Positions 9,732 through 18,695 of a stretch of 64,000 nucleotides of DNA are shown here, one piece after another. Each line of letters starts with the position of its first letter. Position 1 is the first letter of the stretch. The notes beneath the pieces were generated by a model, which did not search any database, was not told where the DNA came from, and was given only the letters and a program-made list of their open reading frames with translations. Source of the stretch: an uncultured delta proteobacterium (GTDB lineage Bacteria; Myxococcota; Myxococcia; Myxococcales; Myxococcaceae). A program made the position numbers and the translations under genes. The stretch spans positions 1-64,000 of the forward strand of contig CAVZMH010000020.1 in assembly GCA_963776345.1 (NCBI GenBank). Reading direction: 5' to 3'.

Positions 9732-11204
9732 GTGACCGCTCCAGCGTCGCGCGACGACGGCAACATCCTCCAGGACGTCCGGCCCGAGCAGGCCCGGCGC
9801 GTCCACCTCCTCGGCGTGGCCGGCACCGGGATGGGCAGCTTCGCCGGCATGCTCAAGGCCGTGGGCCACGTGGTCACCGGCAGCGACCAGAACGTCTACC
9901 CGCCGATGAGCGACATGCTCGCCGCCTGGGGCATCGAGGTGATGACGCCCTACCGGCCGGAGAACCTCGACCGGGCGAAGCCCGACCTGGTCGTGGTGGG
10001 CAACGTCATCCGGCGGGTGAACCCCGAGGCGAGCGCCGTCCGCGAGCGGCGGCTGCCGTCGATGAGCTTTCCCGCGGCCTTCGGGGCGCTGTTCCTCCGT
10101 GGTCGCCATCCGCTGGTCGTCGTCGGGACGCACGGAAAGACCACCACCTCGGCCGTCACCGCCCACCTGCTCGTCACCGCCGGGCTCGACCCCTCCTTCC
10201 TCGTCGGCGGCGTCACCGGCAACGCAGGCAGCAACTTCCGCGTCGGGAAGGGTCCTCACGTCGTGGTGGAGGGCGACGAGTACGACACCGCCTACTTCGA
10301 CAAGGGCCCAAAGTTCCTGCACTACCAGCCGCGGACCGCCATCTTCACCAGCATGGAGCTGGACCACGCCGACATCTACCGGGACGAGGCCCACTACGCC
10401 TCGGCGTTCGAGCGCTTCGTCGCCCTGGTGCCTCCGGATGGGCTGATCGCGGTGAGTGCCGCCTGGCCCGCTGCCCTCGCGCTCGCCCGGGCCGGACGGG
10501 CCCGCGTCGTCACCTACGCCGTCGACCCGACGCACCCGGCGGACGTCCAGGCGCACGGCCTCACGCACCACCCCGACGGCGTGCGCTTTACCCTGGTCGA
10601 CCACGGACGGTCGCTCGGGCAGGTCCACCTCGCCGTCCCCGGGCTCCACAACGTGGAGAACGCCCTCGGCGCCTGGGCGGCCATCGGCCCGCTCGGCGTC
10701 TCCTTCGACGCCTACGCCGCGGGCTGTGCCTCCTTCCTGGGGGTGAAGCGGCGGCAGGAGGTCCGGGGCGAGGTGAACGGCATCCTGGTGGTGGACGACT
10801 TCGCTCACCACCCCACGGCCGTCCGCGAGACCATCCACGCGCTGCGCGCCCGCTGGCCGGACCGCCGCCTGTGGGCCGTCTTCGAGCCGCGCAGCAACAC
10901 CAGCCGCCGGAAGCTCCACCAGGCCGCGTACGCCGGATCGTTCGACGGCGCCGCCAGGGTGAGCCTCAAGACGCCCGAGAAGCACGACCAGGTCCCCGAG
11001 GGGGAGGAGCTCGACATCCCGCGCCTCGTCGCCGACCTGCGCGCGCACGGCCTCGAGGCGGACGCGGCGACGGACGTGCCCACGCTGGTGGTCCGGGTCG
11101 CCGCCGAGGCCCGGCCGGGAGACGTGATCCTCGGGATGAGCAACGGGAGCTTCGGGGGATTCCACGCCGCCGTCCTCGCCGCGCTCAAGGAGAAGCGGGC
11201 GTGA
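9732..11204 (+). CDS. mpl: UDP-MurNAc:L-Ala-gamma-D-Glu-mDAP (murein tripeptide) ligase
   Basis: HLLGVAGTGMG, GSDQNVYPPMS, GTHGKTTT, EGDEYDTAYFDK, DHADIY, DDFAHHPTA, FEPRSNT and MSNGSFGG. Confidence 0.93.
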   Translation: MTAPASRDDGNILQDVRPEQARRVHLLGVAGTGMGSFAGMLKAVGHVVTGSDQNVYPPMSDMLAAWGIEVMTPYRPENLDRAKPDLVVVGNVIRRVNPEASAVRERRLPSMSFPAAFGALFLRGRHPLVVVGTHGKTTTSAVTAHLLVTAGLDPSFLVGGVTGNAGSNFRVGKGPHVVVEGDEYDTAYFDKGPKFLHYQPRTAIFTSMELDHADIYRDEAHYASAFERFVALVPPDGLIAVSAAWPAALALARAGRARVVTYAVDPTHPADVQAHGLTHHPDGVRFTLVDHGRSLGQVHLAVPGLHNVENALGAWAAIGPLGVSFDAYAAGCASFLGVKRRQEVRGEVNGILVVDDFAHHPTAVRETIHALRARWPDRRLWAVFEPRSNTSRRKLHQAAYAGSFDGAARVSLKTPEKHDQVPEGEELDIPRLVADLRAHGLEADAATDVPTLVVRVAAEARPGDVILGMSNGSFGGFHAAVLAALKEKRA

Positions 11205-11731
11205 CGCGGCTCTCGGCGCTCCTGGTGCTCGCCCTCGGATGCGCCGGCGCCACGCCCGCGCCCACCGCCACCCAGACCCAGGCGCTCGCCGGCGGCACGT
11301 CCGGTGTCTCCGTGACCGACATCGCGCTCGCCACGTACCCCGAGGCCGGCAAGCACGCCTTCTCCTCCGACCGCGGGCAGGTCGTGGTCATCGACGCCTG
11401 GGCCACCTGGTGCGCGCCGTGCCTTCGCTCGCTCCCCCAGCTCCAGACGCTCCGCAAGGACTACGCGGCGCGCGGCGTCCGGGTGTACGCGGTCAGCGTC
11501 GACGAGGACCGGGCGCAGATCCCCACCTTCCTCGCCAGCGCGGGGGTGGACCTGCCCGTGCTCCTCGACCCGGGCGGCTTCGTGCTCGAGGAGAAGCTGA
11601 AGCTGACGAAGATGCCCACCACCTGGGTCGTCGACCGCACCGGCCAGATTCGCTTCACCCAGGAGAGCTTCGACGGCAACCTGAACGACGTGCGCGCCCA
11701 GGTGGACGCGCTCCTCGGAGAGAGCCGGTGA
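11201..11731 (+). CDS. TlpA/ResA-like thiol-disulfide oxidoreductase lipoprotein
   Basis: Lipobox ALGC, WATWCAPC and cis-Pro region KMPTTWVVDRTG. GTG start overlaps the mpl stop. Confidence 0.85.
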   Translation: MTRLSALLVLALGCAGATPAPTATQTQALAGGTSGVSVTDIALATYPEAGKHAFSSDRGQVVVIDAWATWCAPCLRSLPQLQTLRKDYAARGVRVYAVSVDEDRAQIPTFLASAGVDLPVLLDPGGFVLEEKLKLTKMPTTWVVDRTGQIRFTQESFDGNLNDVRAQVDALLGESR

Positions 11732-12546
11732 CCGACTCGCTCGACACGTTGCTCGAGACCGCCGTCGAGGGCGCCCGCCGCGCCGGACGCGTCCTGGCCG
11801 AGCGCTTCCACCAGCCGCGCACCATCGCCTTCAAGAGCGGCATCGACCTGGTCACCGACGCCGACAAGGCGAGCGAGACGGTCCTCCTCGCCTGGCTCCG
11901 GGAGCGCCACCCGGACCACGCCATCCTCTCCGAGGAGAGCGGGGCCAGCGCCGGCTCGCGCTACCGGTGGATCATCGACCCGCTGGACGGGACCACCAAC
12001 TACGCGCACCAGCTGCCGCACTTCTCGGTGAGCATCGCGGTGGAGGGGGAGGGCGGGGTCCAGGCGGGCGTGGTCTACGACCCGATGCGCGACGAGCTGT
12101 TCACCGCGGTCCGCGGACGCGGGGCGATGCTGAACGGCCGGCCGATCCGGCCCAGCGCCACCGACCGGCTCGACCGCGCGCTCCTCTGCACCGGCTTCCC
12201 CTACGACGTCCGCGAGCACCCCGAGGGACCGGCGGGCCTCATCGCGCGGTTCCTGGGCGTGTCACAGGGAATCCGGCGCCTCGGCAGCGCCGCGCTGGAC
12301 CTGTCCTACGTCGCCTCCGGCCGGTACGACGGGTACTTCGAGTTCAACCTGAAGCCGTGGGACATCGCCGCGGGCGCGCTCATCGTCTCCGAGGCCGGGG
12401 GCGTCGTCGGCCGCATCGACGGCGCGCCGTACGACACCTCGGTGGTCGACGTGCTCTCGGCCGCGCCCGGCGTCGCTGCGCCGCTCCAGGACGAGTGCCG
12501 GCGGTTCCTGGGCGAGATCGGCTGGACGCCGAGACCCTTCGCCTGA
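11728..12546 (+). CDS. suhB: Inositol monophosphatase family protein
   Basis: DLVTDAD, EESG, WIIDPLDGTTNYAH, RRLGSAALDL and PWDIAAG. Confidence 0.9.
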   Translation: MTDSLDTLLETAVEGARRAGRVLAERFHQPRTIAFKSGIDLVTDADKASETVLLAWLRERHPDHAILSEESGASAGSRYRWIIDPLDGTTNYAHQLPHFSVSIAVEGEGGVQAGVVYDPMRDELFTAVRGRGAMLNGRPIRPSATDRLDRALLCTGFPYDVREHPEGPAGLIARFLGVSQGIRRLGSAALDLSYVASGRYDGYFEFNLKPWDIAAGALIVSEAGGVVGRIDGAPYDTSVVDVLSAAPGVAAPLQDECRRFLGEIGWTPRPFA

Positions 12547-12580
12547 GGGCTCCCCGCCCGCTCCCGCACCTCGGTGCGTA

Positions 12581-12880
12581 TCAACCGGGTCCTGCGGCTC
12601 GGATCGCCTCCAGGACGAGCGTTCGCGGGGGCACGCCCGCGAGACCGTAGAGGCGTCAACCCAGGCCGATACCGGTGGGAGGGTCGGGCTCGATGTCGAC
12701 GCCGTCCACGCGGACCGTGGGCGACCCGGGGAAGGCGAGGCGCGTTGCCTCCTCGAGCGACTCCACCACCACCGTCTCCACCTGCGCATCCAGCGAGTGC
12801 GCGCGGAGGATCTCCGCGACGAGCTCGGTGGTCCGGAGCCCGTGCCCGCAGCCTGGAGCCATGAGGATCTGGATCTTCAT
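12581..12880 (-). CDS. Small thioredoxin-fold protein (DUF2703 / 'DF'-type), probable selenoprotein with in-frame UGA at 12656-12658
   Basis: MKIQILMAPGCGHG...FPGSPTVRVDGVDIEPDPPTGIGLG-UGA-RLYGLAGVPPRTLVLEAIRAAGPG*. The post-UGA sequence matches the family tail C-R-L-Y...G-V-P. Confidence 0.8.
12623..12642 (-). promoter_or_regulatory. Putative bacterial SECIS element
   Basis: Minus-strand hairpin TCGCGGG-CGTGCC-CCCGCGA starting 13 nt after the UGA. The loop begins 20 nt from the UGA and has GU at positions 2-3. Confidence 0.6.
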
Positions 12881-12932
12881 CACGGGCAGGACGCTAGCAG
12901 CGACAGTCCCCGCGGAGGCCCGGCCGGGGGCC

Positions 12933-13064
12933 CGGAGCAATCGTGGACATAGCAACTTGGGGTCCGTACCCGGGACCCGCGTGCCCGGGCGCAAGTGTCC
13001 GAACTCATGAGGGCGGGCGCGCCGCCGGGCCGGGGGCGAAGTTGCTATGTCCACGATTGCTCCG
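12933..13064. repeat. Intergenic 26-bp perfect inverted repeat (REP/MITE-like)
   Basis: CGGAGCAATCGTGGACATAGCAACTT (12933-12958) and its exact reverse complement (13039-13064). Confidence 0.85.
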
Positions 13065-13098
13065 CGCCGCTCCCCGGAGCCACGAGCCGCGTCCGGGC

Positions 13099-13812
13099 TC
13101 AGGGGCTCGTGACCTTGGGGGTGAAGCGAGCGAGGTCGTCGATCCCCAGCGCCTTCTCGATCGACGTGACCTCGGCGACCATCTTCTCGAAGTCGCCGAG
13201 CGGGAGCGCCTTCTCCTTCTGCTCGAAGGTCTCCATCAGCGCCCGCAGCTCCTTCTCGGTGACCAGCTCGGCGAACGCCGGGAAGAGCACCGTGTCCTCG
13301 CGGGCGGAGTGTGGCTCGTACATCCGGATGAACTGGCGCATCGTCCCGGCGAGCTCGGCACGGCCGGACCGCTTCCCCAGCGCCGCCGGGGTGGCGAGCC
13401 GCAGGATGCCGGCGGTGAGCGTGCGCCCGGCCTGGTGCTGCTGGACGAGCACGTCGACCAGCCCGGTCATTCGCCCGGCCTTCCGGAAGCGGGGGAAGAT
13501 GAACTCCTCCTCGTCCCGCTCGTGGTAGTCCTCGATGAAGGCGCGGATGATGGTCGCCGCCTTCACCACGGGCTCGGCCTCCACCGCCTGCCGGGCGTCG
13601 ACCTGCCGGATGACCTCCCCGTAGACCAGCAGGACGCGCCGGAGCACCCCGTGCTCGCGCATCAGGTCCTCGGTCGGCGAGACCGCCTCCTCGGCCTCCT
13701 TCTGCTCCGCGGCGCTCGCCCGGAAGCCCGCGGCCGCCGCCAGCACCGCGCCGCCCACGCCCACCGCGTCCTTCAGGAAGCGCCGTCGGGCGCGCTCTGC
13801 TCGAGGGTCCAT
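13099..13812 (-). CDS. Tat-exported hemerythrin/HHE-domain protein
   Basis: RRRFLK twin-arginine signal, then EDLMREHGVL, YHERDEE, QQH and PHSAREDTVLFP. Confidence 0.85.
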   Translation of the reverse strand: MDPRAERARRRFLKDAVGVGGAVLAAAAGFRASAAEQKEAEEAVSPTEDLMREHGVLRRVLLVYGEVIRQVDARQAVEAEPVVKAATIIRAFIEDYHERDEEEFIFPRFRKAGRMTGLVDVLVQQHQAGRTLTAGILRLATPAALGKRSGRAELAGTMRQFIRMYEPHSAREDTVLFPAFAELVTEKELRALMETFEQKEKALPLGDFEKMVAEVTSIEKALGIDDLARFTPKVTSP

Positions 13813-13816
13813 CGAG

Positions 13817-14200
13817 TCAGCCTCCCGAGGGTGCCGCATAGTGCTCGGCGCCGAGGAAGTGGAGCGACACGTAGGGGACGTCGCCCACCACCCAGGAGTC
13901 GTGCGGAATTGGCGGGATGTAGAACAGGTCTCCGGCGCGCATCTCCACCACCCGCCCGTCCTCGAATGCCGCCGTGGCCGCCCCCGAGAGCACCATCCCC
14001 ACGTGCTCCACGCCGCACCGGGTTTGCCCCACCGTCGGCCCGACGTGCTCCGACCACTTCCACCCCGGCTCGTACGTCGCACGGCCGATGGTCATCCCGG
14101 CGATCCGGACCAGCTCGAACCGGCCCTTCTCCATCTTCCGGACCTCGTCCGGCTGCTGAAAGCGCTTGAGCACCACGTCGATGTCCGGTTGAGAGCGCAT
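13817..14200 (-). CDS. Cupin-domain protein
   Basis: MRSQPDIDV...YEPGWKWSEHVGP...CGVEHVG...PHDSWVVGD. Confidence 0.85.
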   Translation of the reverse strand: MRSQPDIDVVLKRFQQPDEVRKMEKGRFELVRIAGMTIGRATYEPGWKWSEHVGPTVGQTRCGVEHVGMVLSGAATAAFEDGRVVEMRAGDLFYIPPIPHDSWVVGDVPYVSLHFLGAEHYAAPSGG

Positions 14201-14298
14201 GGCGCCACGGTCGTAACACTGCCCCCATCCGTCCGGAGCGGTCAGTCCGCGGCATCGGTTCCCGGTATACACACCGCGTAGGGGTCGGGGCTGGAGGC

Positions 14299-14923
14299 CT
14301 AGAAGATGCTCTCCGGGATGAAGACGATGTCCCCCGGCTGGAGCCGGAAGTTCTTCTCCCGACCGGTGCCGATGTCCGCCACCGGCACGCGGATCTTCGT
14401 CTCCCGGCCCTCGACCTGGCGGGTGACGGCGATGTCGTTCTTGCTCGCCACCTTGGTGAAGCCCCCGGCCATGGTGATGGCCTGGATGATGGACATGTCC
14501 TCCTCGTAGGGGAACGTGCCGGGCTTCTGGACCTCGCCGAAGACGAAGATCTTCTTGCTGTTGTACTCGCGCAGGAGCACCGAAACTTGAGGATGCTTCA
14601 GGTACTTCTCCCCCAGGCACCGGGTCAGCGCGTCGGACGTCGCCGAGGTGTTCAGCCCCGAGATTGTGAGTTTGCCGCACAGCGGGAAGTCGATGGTGCC
14701 GCCCGGCGCCACCCGGTAAGGGCCCGAGAGGTCCGCCTCCTCGAACACCCGGACCTCGATCAGGTCTCCGGGTCCCGAGCGTGGTGGACGACGCCGCCGG
14801 CGCGTTGGCCTGGGGCACCTCGTCGGCGCGCAGCGTGGCGCCGCCGGTCCCGCGCGGGCCCTTGCAGCCGGCGGACACGACCAGCGCGGAGAGGAGGAAG
14901 AGGACGAGACGGAGTCGAGGCAC
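14299..14923 (-). CDS. wza: Short OPX/Wza polysaccharide export lipoprotein (Poly_export + SLBB, no OM helix); extra base at ~14773-14776
   Basis: Lipobox SAGC and TLG[+A][12 protein letters not shown], then [28 protein letters not shown] and [14 protein letters not shown]. Removing one base restores the frame from the GTG at 14923. Confidence 0.85.
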
Positions 14924-14937
14924 GAGGGTTGCGGCGC

Positions 14938-16209
14938 TCAGTAGGTGAAGGTGAGGCGCAAGTAAACCTCGTTCCGCGTGTAGTTCAGCGGCAGCGACGA
15001 CGCGTAATCCGACGTCCGCTTGGAGAGCACGTAGCCGGCCGAGAGGATGAACCACCGGGCGATGGCGAAGTCCGGCCCGAGGTCGAGGCTGAGGAGCTGG
15101 TCGCTCTGGCCGCGCCCTTGGGTGAAGGAGATCAGGTCGTAGGCGAAGTTGGCGTGCAGCGCGAGCCGGCCGATGAGGAAGGTCTTGGTGTTCAGGTACG
15201 CCCGGAGGTCCGTGGCGCTCGCCGCGCCGACCACTGGCATCACGTCGCGCAGCACGCCGAGGGTGAGCGTGCTGACCTCGTTCGGCATCCAGGTGCCCTC
15301 GGCCTGGCCGATAAAGGTCGAGGCCGCCCCGTTGAACCCGATGGCGTAGCCGGCCTTGAGGATGGCCTGGATCCGCGGCGTCACCAGGCCCTGCATGCCG
15401 GCCAGCAATTTCAGCATCGAGCCCGGGGGCACCGTGTTCGCGTCGGGGTGGAAGTAGCTCCGGCCCTCGAAGTTGGACTCGAAGATGAGCGCAGTGTGGG
15501 GCAGGAACTTCCAGTGGATGTCCAGGCCGCCCGCGTAGTCCTGGTAGTCGAACGCGCTCGGGTCGCTGGCGCAGGTCCCGGTGGGGCAGGGCCCGATGGC
15601 CTGAGGCAGGCCGCTGTAGCCGCTGAAGAACTCCACCGCGTACTCACCGTGCGGCCGCACCTCGAAGGCGCGCCCGCCGGGGTGGATGGGGGTCGTCAAC
15701 CGCAGCTGGTTGTAGAGCGAGAGGACCGCCACCCCGAGGCCGATGTCCTGCGGCCGGTCGCTCCGGGAGAAGGTGTCGGCGACGTCGAGTTCCACCGCGC
15801 CCTCGCGGTTGATCTCGGCGTGCATGTCCGCGCCGGCCTCGCTGCGGGAGGCGGCGCTGCTGCCGCTGGTGAGCAGGCCGGTGTACCAGACGTAGTCGTA
15901 GAAGGCGTTCAGCCCGAAGGTGACATCCGTTCCCGGGACGTCCAGCCGGAACCCGGGCCGGAAGTGCATCAGGATCTCCGGCTTGAGCTCGTACGGGGCG
16001 GTCGTGCTGTTGGCGACGGTGGGGACGTAGATGGCCGCCGAGTCGTACCGGGCCTCGAGGTCCAGGTACGGGTGGAGCCGGCCCGGTCCGAACCGGATGC
16101 CGTTGTTCTCACCGAGCGCGGTCGCGACGCCCGTGCTGTTCTGGGCATGCGCGACCAGCGGCCCGACGAGCGCGCCGAGCAGAAGAACATGGGCGGCGTG
16201 CGGGGACAT
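14938..16209 (-). CDS. Outer-membrane beta-barrel, probable partner porin of the short OPX protein (Wzp/EpsX-like)
   Basis: Signal peptide, GRLHPYL N-terminal strand, alternating strands and C-terminal YTRNEVYLRLTFTY. Sits directly upstream of wza. Confidence 0.75.
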   Translation of the reverse strand: MSPHAAHVLLLGALVGPLVAHAQNSTGVATALGENNGIRFGPGRLHPYLDLEARYDSAAIYVPTVANSTTAPYELKPEILMHFRPGFRLDVPGTDVTFGLNAFYDYVWYTGLLTSGSSAASRSEAGADMHAEINREGAVELDVADTFSRSDRPQDIGLGVAVLSLYNQLRLTTPIHPGGRAFEVRPHGEYAVEFFSGYSGLPQAIGPCPTGTCASDPSAFDYQDYAGGLDIHWKFLPHTALIFESNFEGRSYFHPDANTVPPGSMLKLLAGMQGLVTPRIQAILKAGYAIGFNGAASTFIGQAEGTWMPNEVSTLTLGVLRDVMPVVGAASATDLRAYLNTKTFLIGRLALHANFAYDLISFTQGRGQSDQLLSLDLGPDFAIARWFILSAGYVLSKRTSDYASSLPLNYTRNEVYLRLTFTY

Positions 16210-16358
16210 CCGTCTCAACCGCTCCGCTCCTCCCAAGTACAGAGTCCTCTCCGATTAGGCCGGAGTTGCCGTGCGTCATACCATGCAAGCACGCGCTCGC
16301 TCCAGGTTTCGGGGGGTGGGCAGGCGGGCGCGATCGACCGCCTGGGGCCAGGCCCCGA

Positions 16359-16928
16359 CTAGAGAATCGGGCTTGCCGGCGGCGGCCGATTCGTCGGAGC
16401 CGGCGGGGGTGGAGGGTTGGTCGCGTCCTCCGTCGGCAACCCGCTGGGAACTTCCACCTCCACCGTCAGGTTCTCGTCGGTACGGAACGCGAGCTGGCCG
16501 ATGCACTGCTCGGCCTCGGTCCGCAGCTGGTCCACCTTGTTCTTGGCGATGCTGACCTTCGAGTACTCGTGCTCGGCGGCGGTGGCGTCCTTCTTCCCCA
16601 CCGCCTCCTGGAGCGCGACGTCCGACTGCTCGGAGATGCGCAGCAGGCCCTTCACCTGGGTGAGCTTCTCGTTGACGCAGTTGAGCTTCACCACGTCCTT
16701 GGTGGCCCGGGCGTCCTCGAGCCGGGCGAGCACCTCGCTCAGCACCGAGCGCATCCGGGACACCGCGGCGTTCGAGCGCTTGAGCTTCTCTGCGTCCGGA
16801 ATCTCGGACGCCCGCTCCAGCGTGGGTGTCGCCAGCGGGGGCGGCTTCGTCGGCCCCTGGGCGCGCACCGTCCCGGCCCCGAGCAGGACCAGGCCGACCA
16901 GCAGCTGCAGGCGGACGGACGGATGCAT
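16359..16928 (-). CDS. Secreted helical hypothetical protein with two Cys
   Basis: Signal peptide ending VRA-Q, coiled-coil with KLNCVNEKL and EAEQCIG, and a Pro-rich C-terminus. Confidence 0.75.
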   Translation of the reverse strand: MHPSVRLQLLVGLVLLGAGTVRAQGPTKPPPLATPTLERASEIPDAEKLKRSNAAVSRMRSVLSEVLARLEDARATKDVVKLNCVNEKLTQVKGLLRISEQSDVALQEAVGKKDATAAEHEYSKVSIAKNKVDQLRTEAEQCIGQLAFRTDENLTVEVEVPSGLPTEDATNPPPPPAPTNRPPPASPIL

Positions 16929-16997
16929 TCTTGCCCAGCGTAGGGAGCCCCGGCGGGGGGTGTCAAACTCGGCTGTGCGTCCGGCGCGGGGCATCGG

Positions 16998-18317
16998 TCA
17001 CCCCGCGGAGGTGAAGAGGAACGGGTACTGCACCGGGACCTCGTCGGGCGGCTTGAAGGGGAAGATCCAGCTCCGCATCAGGCCCTGGATGCACGCGCCC
17101 ACCTCGGCGCTCCCCAGGGTGTTCTCCTCGATGCGGACGTCGCCTGCCCGGCCCGCCGGGGTGATGTTGAAGCGCACCACCACCTTGCCCTTCAGGCTGG
17201 GGTTCCGCTTCAGCTCGCGCTCGTAGCAGCCGCGGATGGCGCCGAGCCGGTCCCGGATGTACCGGGCCAGCGCCGCGCGGTCGACGTCCGCCGAGTCCAC
17301 CTCGGGCGTCGCGGTGGAGACCTGACCGGTGACCCGGGCGTCCCCCTTGCCGGCCAGCGCCACCTTGCCGCCGCCGGCGGTGCCCACGTCGCCGATGCCG
17401 GCGGTGCGTCCGGCGCCGCCGCCGGCGCGGGCGCCGACCGAGTCCGCGGTGGCGATGCTCACCCCGCGCGCGCCGGCCAGCGCCGCGGCCACGTCGCCCG
17501 AGCCGGTGCCGCTGCCGAGCACGTCCTGGAGCGCGCCGCTGCCGCCGGCCGAGCCGAGGATCTTCAGAAGGCCCTTGCTCGCCACCCGCTGCTGGATCAC
17601 CGCCTTGCGCGCCGCCGCGTCGGCCGGGAGCTCCTTCTTCTTCACGTCCTTCTTCTGGTCCTTCTTCTCCTCGGCCTGGGCGACCGGCTCGGTGGACTTC
17701 GCCACCTCGGGCTCGGGCGCCTTGGGGGGCAGGAGCACCCGGGCGAAGCGGTCCGGCAGCTCGTCCAGCGAGAGGTCTGCGTCGGGCGGCTTGGGGCTGA
17801 GCATGATGCACGCCGCCCCGGCGAAGTGGAGGAACAGCGACGCGGCGAGGATGCCGAAGAACAGGTGGTCGATGCTCCGCCACACCGTGCCGCGCACGTC
17901 CGGCGGCAGCTCGATGCGCGCCGGCTCCGGCCGCGGGCTGACGAACTGGAAGAGCAGCGTCACCTCGCCGAGCGACACCTTGCCCTTGGCCGACTCGTCG
18001 AGCGGCAGTGCCCAGACGCTGCCACGCTTCTGCACCAGGCCCTTGCTCTTGAGGCCCGCGAAGTCGTTGTCCCCGGCGCGGTTGGCCACCCGGCCGTTCA
18101 TCCGGTCGGTGAAGAGCAGGGTGTACTGGCCGGCCCGGTGGTCGAACACCGGGAAGCTCGAGGGGAGCTCGCTGGCGGGGATGACGAAGGTGTTCGACCC
18201 GTCCTGGCCCACGGTGACCGCGGCCGGGTGACGGATGTGGCGCTCCTCGATGATCTTCCCCTCGCGGATCACCCCCACGCGGAGGATCTTGGCGCCGCTC
18301 GAGGCAGGCTTGGACAT
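16998..18317 (-). CDS. GltG-like TonB-family energy transducer (N-terminal FHA-like domain, TM with SxxxH, C-terminal TonB-C)
   Basis: TM ILAASLFLHF, Lys/Gly-rich linker and IRGCYERELKRNPSLKGKVVVRFNI...VQYPFLF. Confidence 0.85.
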   Translation of the reverse strand: MSKPASSGAKILRVGVIREGKIIEERHIRHPAAVTVGQDGSNTFVIPASELPSSFPVFDHRAGQYTLLFTDRMNGRVANRAGDNDFAGLKSKGLVQKRGSVWALPLDESAKGKVSLGEVTLLFQFVSPRPEPARIELPPDVRGTVWRSIDHLFFGILAASLFLHFAGAACIMLSPKPPDADLSLDELPDRFARVLLPPKAPEPEVAKSTEPVAQAEEKKDQKKDVKKKELPADAAARKAVIQQRVASKGLLKILGSAGGSGALQDVLGSGTGSGDVAAALAGARGVSIATADSVGARAGGGAGRTAGIGDVGTAGGGKVALAGKGDARVTGQVSTATPEVDSADVDRAALARYIRDRLGAIRGCYERELKRNPSLKGKVVVRFNITPAGRAGDVRIEENTLGSAEVGACIQGLMRSWIFPFKPPDEVPVQYPFLFTSAG

Positions 18318-18341
18318 GGGCCGGGCGGGGGCTCTCACGGG

Positions 18342-18695
18342 CTAGAACGGTTCCTTCTGCGCACTCTTCTCGATCTTCGGCACGAAGCTCTCGGTCTTCT
18401 GCAGCTCGTCGAAGTTCAGGTTGGAGCGGGGAAGCACGTAGAACGCTTCCGGTTTCTGGATGCGGCCCTCGACGGTGAGGGTGTCGAGCTTGATGACCTT
18501 CTTGCCCCCGGAGCGCGCCGCGGGCTTGCTCGCCGCGGCCTGGACGTCGGACCGCGCCTGCTTCGCCACCGTTGCGGCGCGATCGGCCTCCTTCCGGGCC
18601 GCCGAGGTGTCGGGCTGGGCGCGCGCGAGCGTGCCCAGGGCGACGGCCGCGCAGGCCACGAGGCCGAACAGGCTTCCAGGGACAGGACGCGTCAC
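18342..18695 (-). CDS. GltF/CglF-like small exported protein
   Basis: Signal peptide and C-terminal TLTVEGRIQKPEAFYVL...FDEL...ESFVPKI...PF pattern. Lies between the GltE-like and GltG-like genes. Confidence 0.75.
   Translation of the reverse strand: MTRPVPGSLFGLVACAAVALGTLARAQPDTSAARKEADRAATVAKQARSDVQAAASKPAARSGGKKVIKLDTLTVEGRIQKPEAFYVLPRSNLNFDELQKTESFVPKIEKSAQKEPF

Noticed and set aside
12933..13064. CRISPR array from the 26-bp repeat
   Set aside because: The copies are inverted or 39 kb apart rather than direct with regular spacers, and there are no cas genes.
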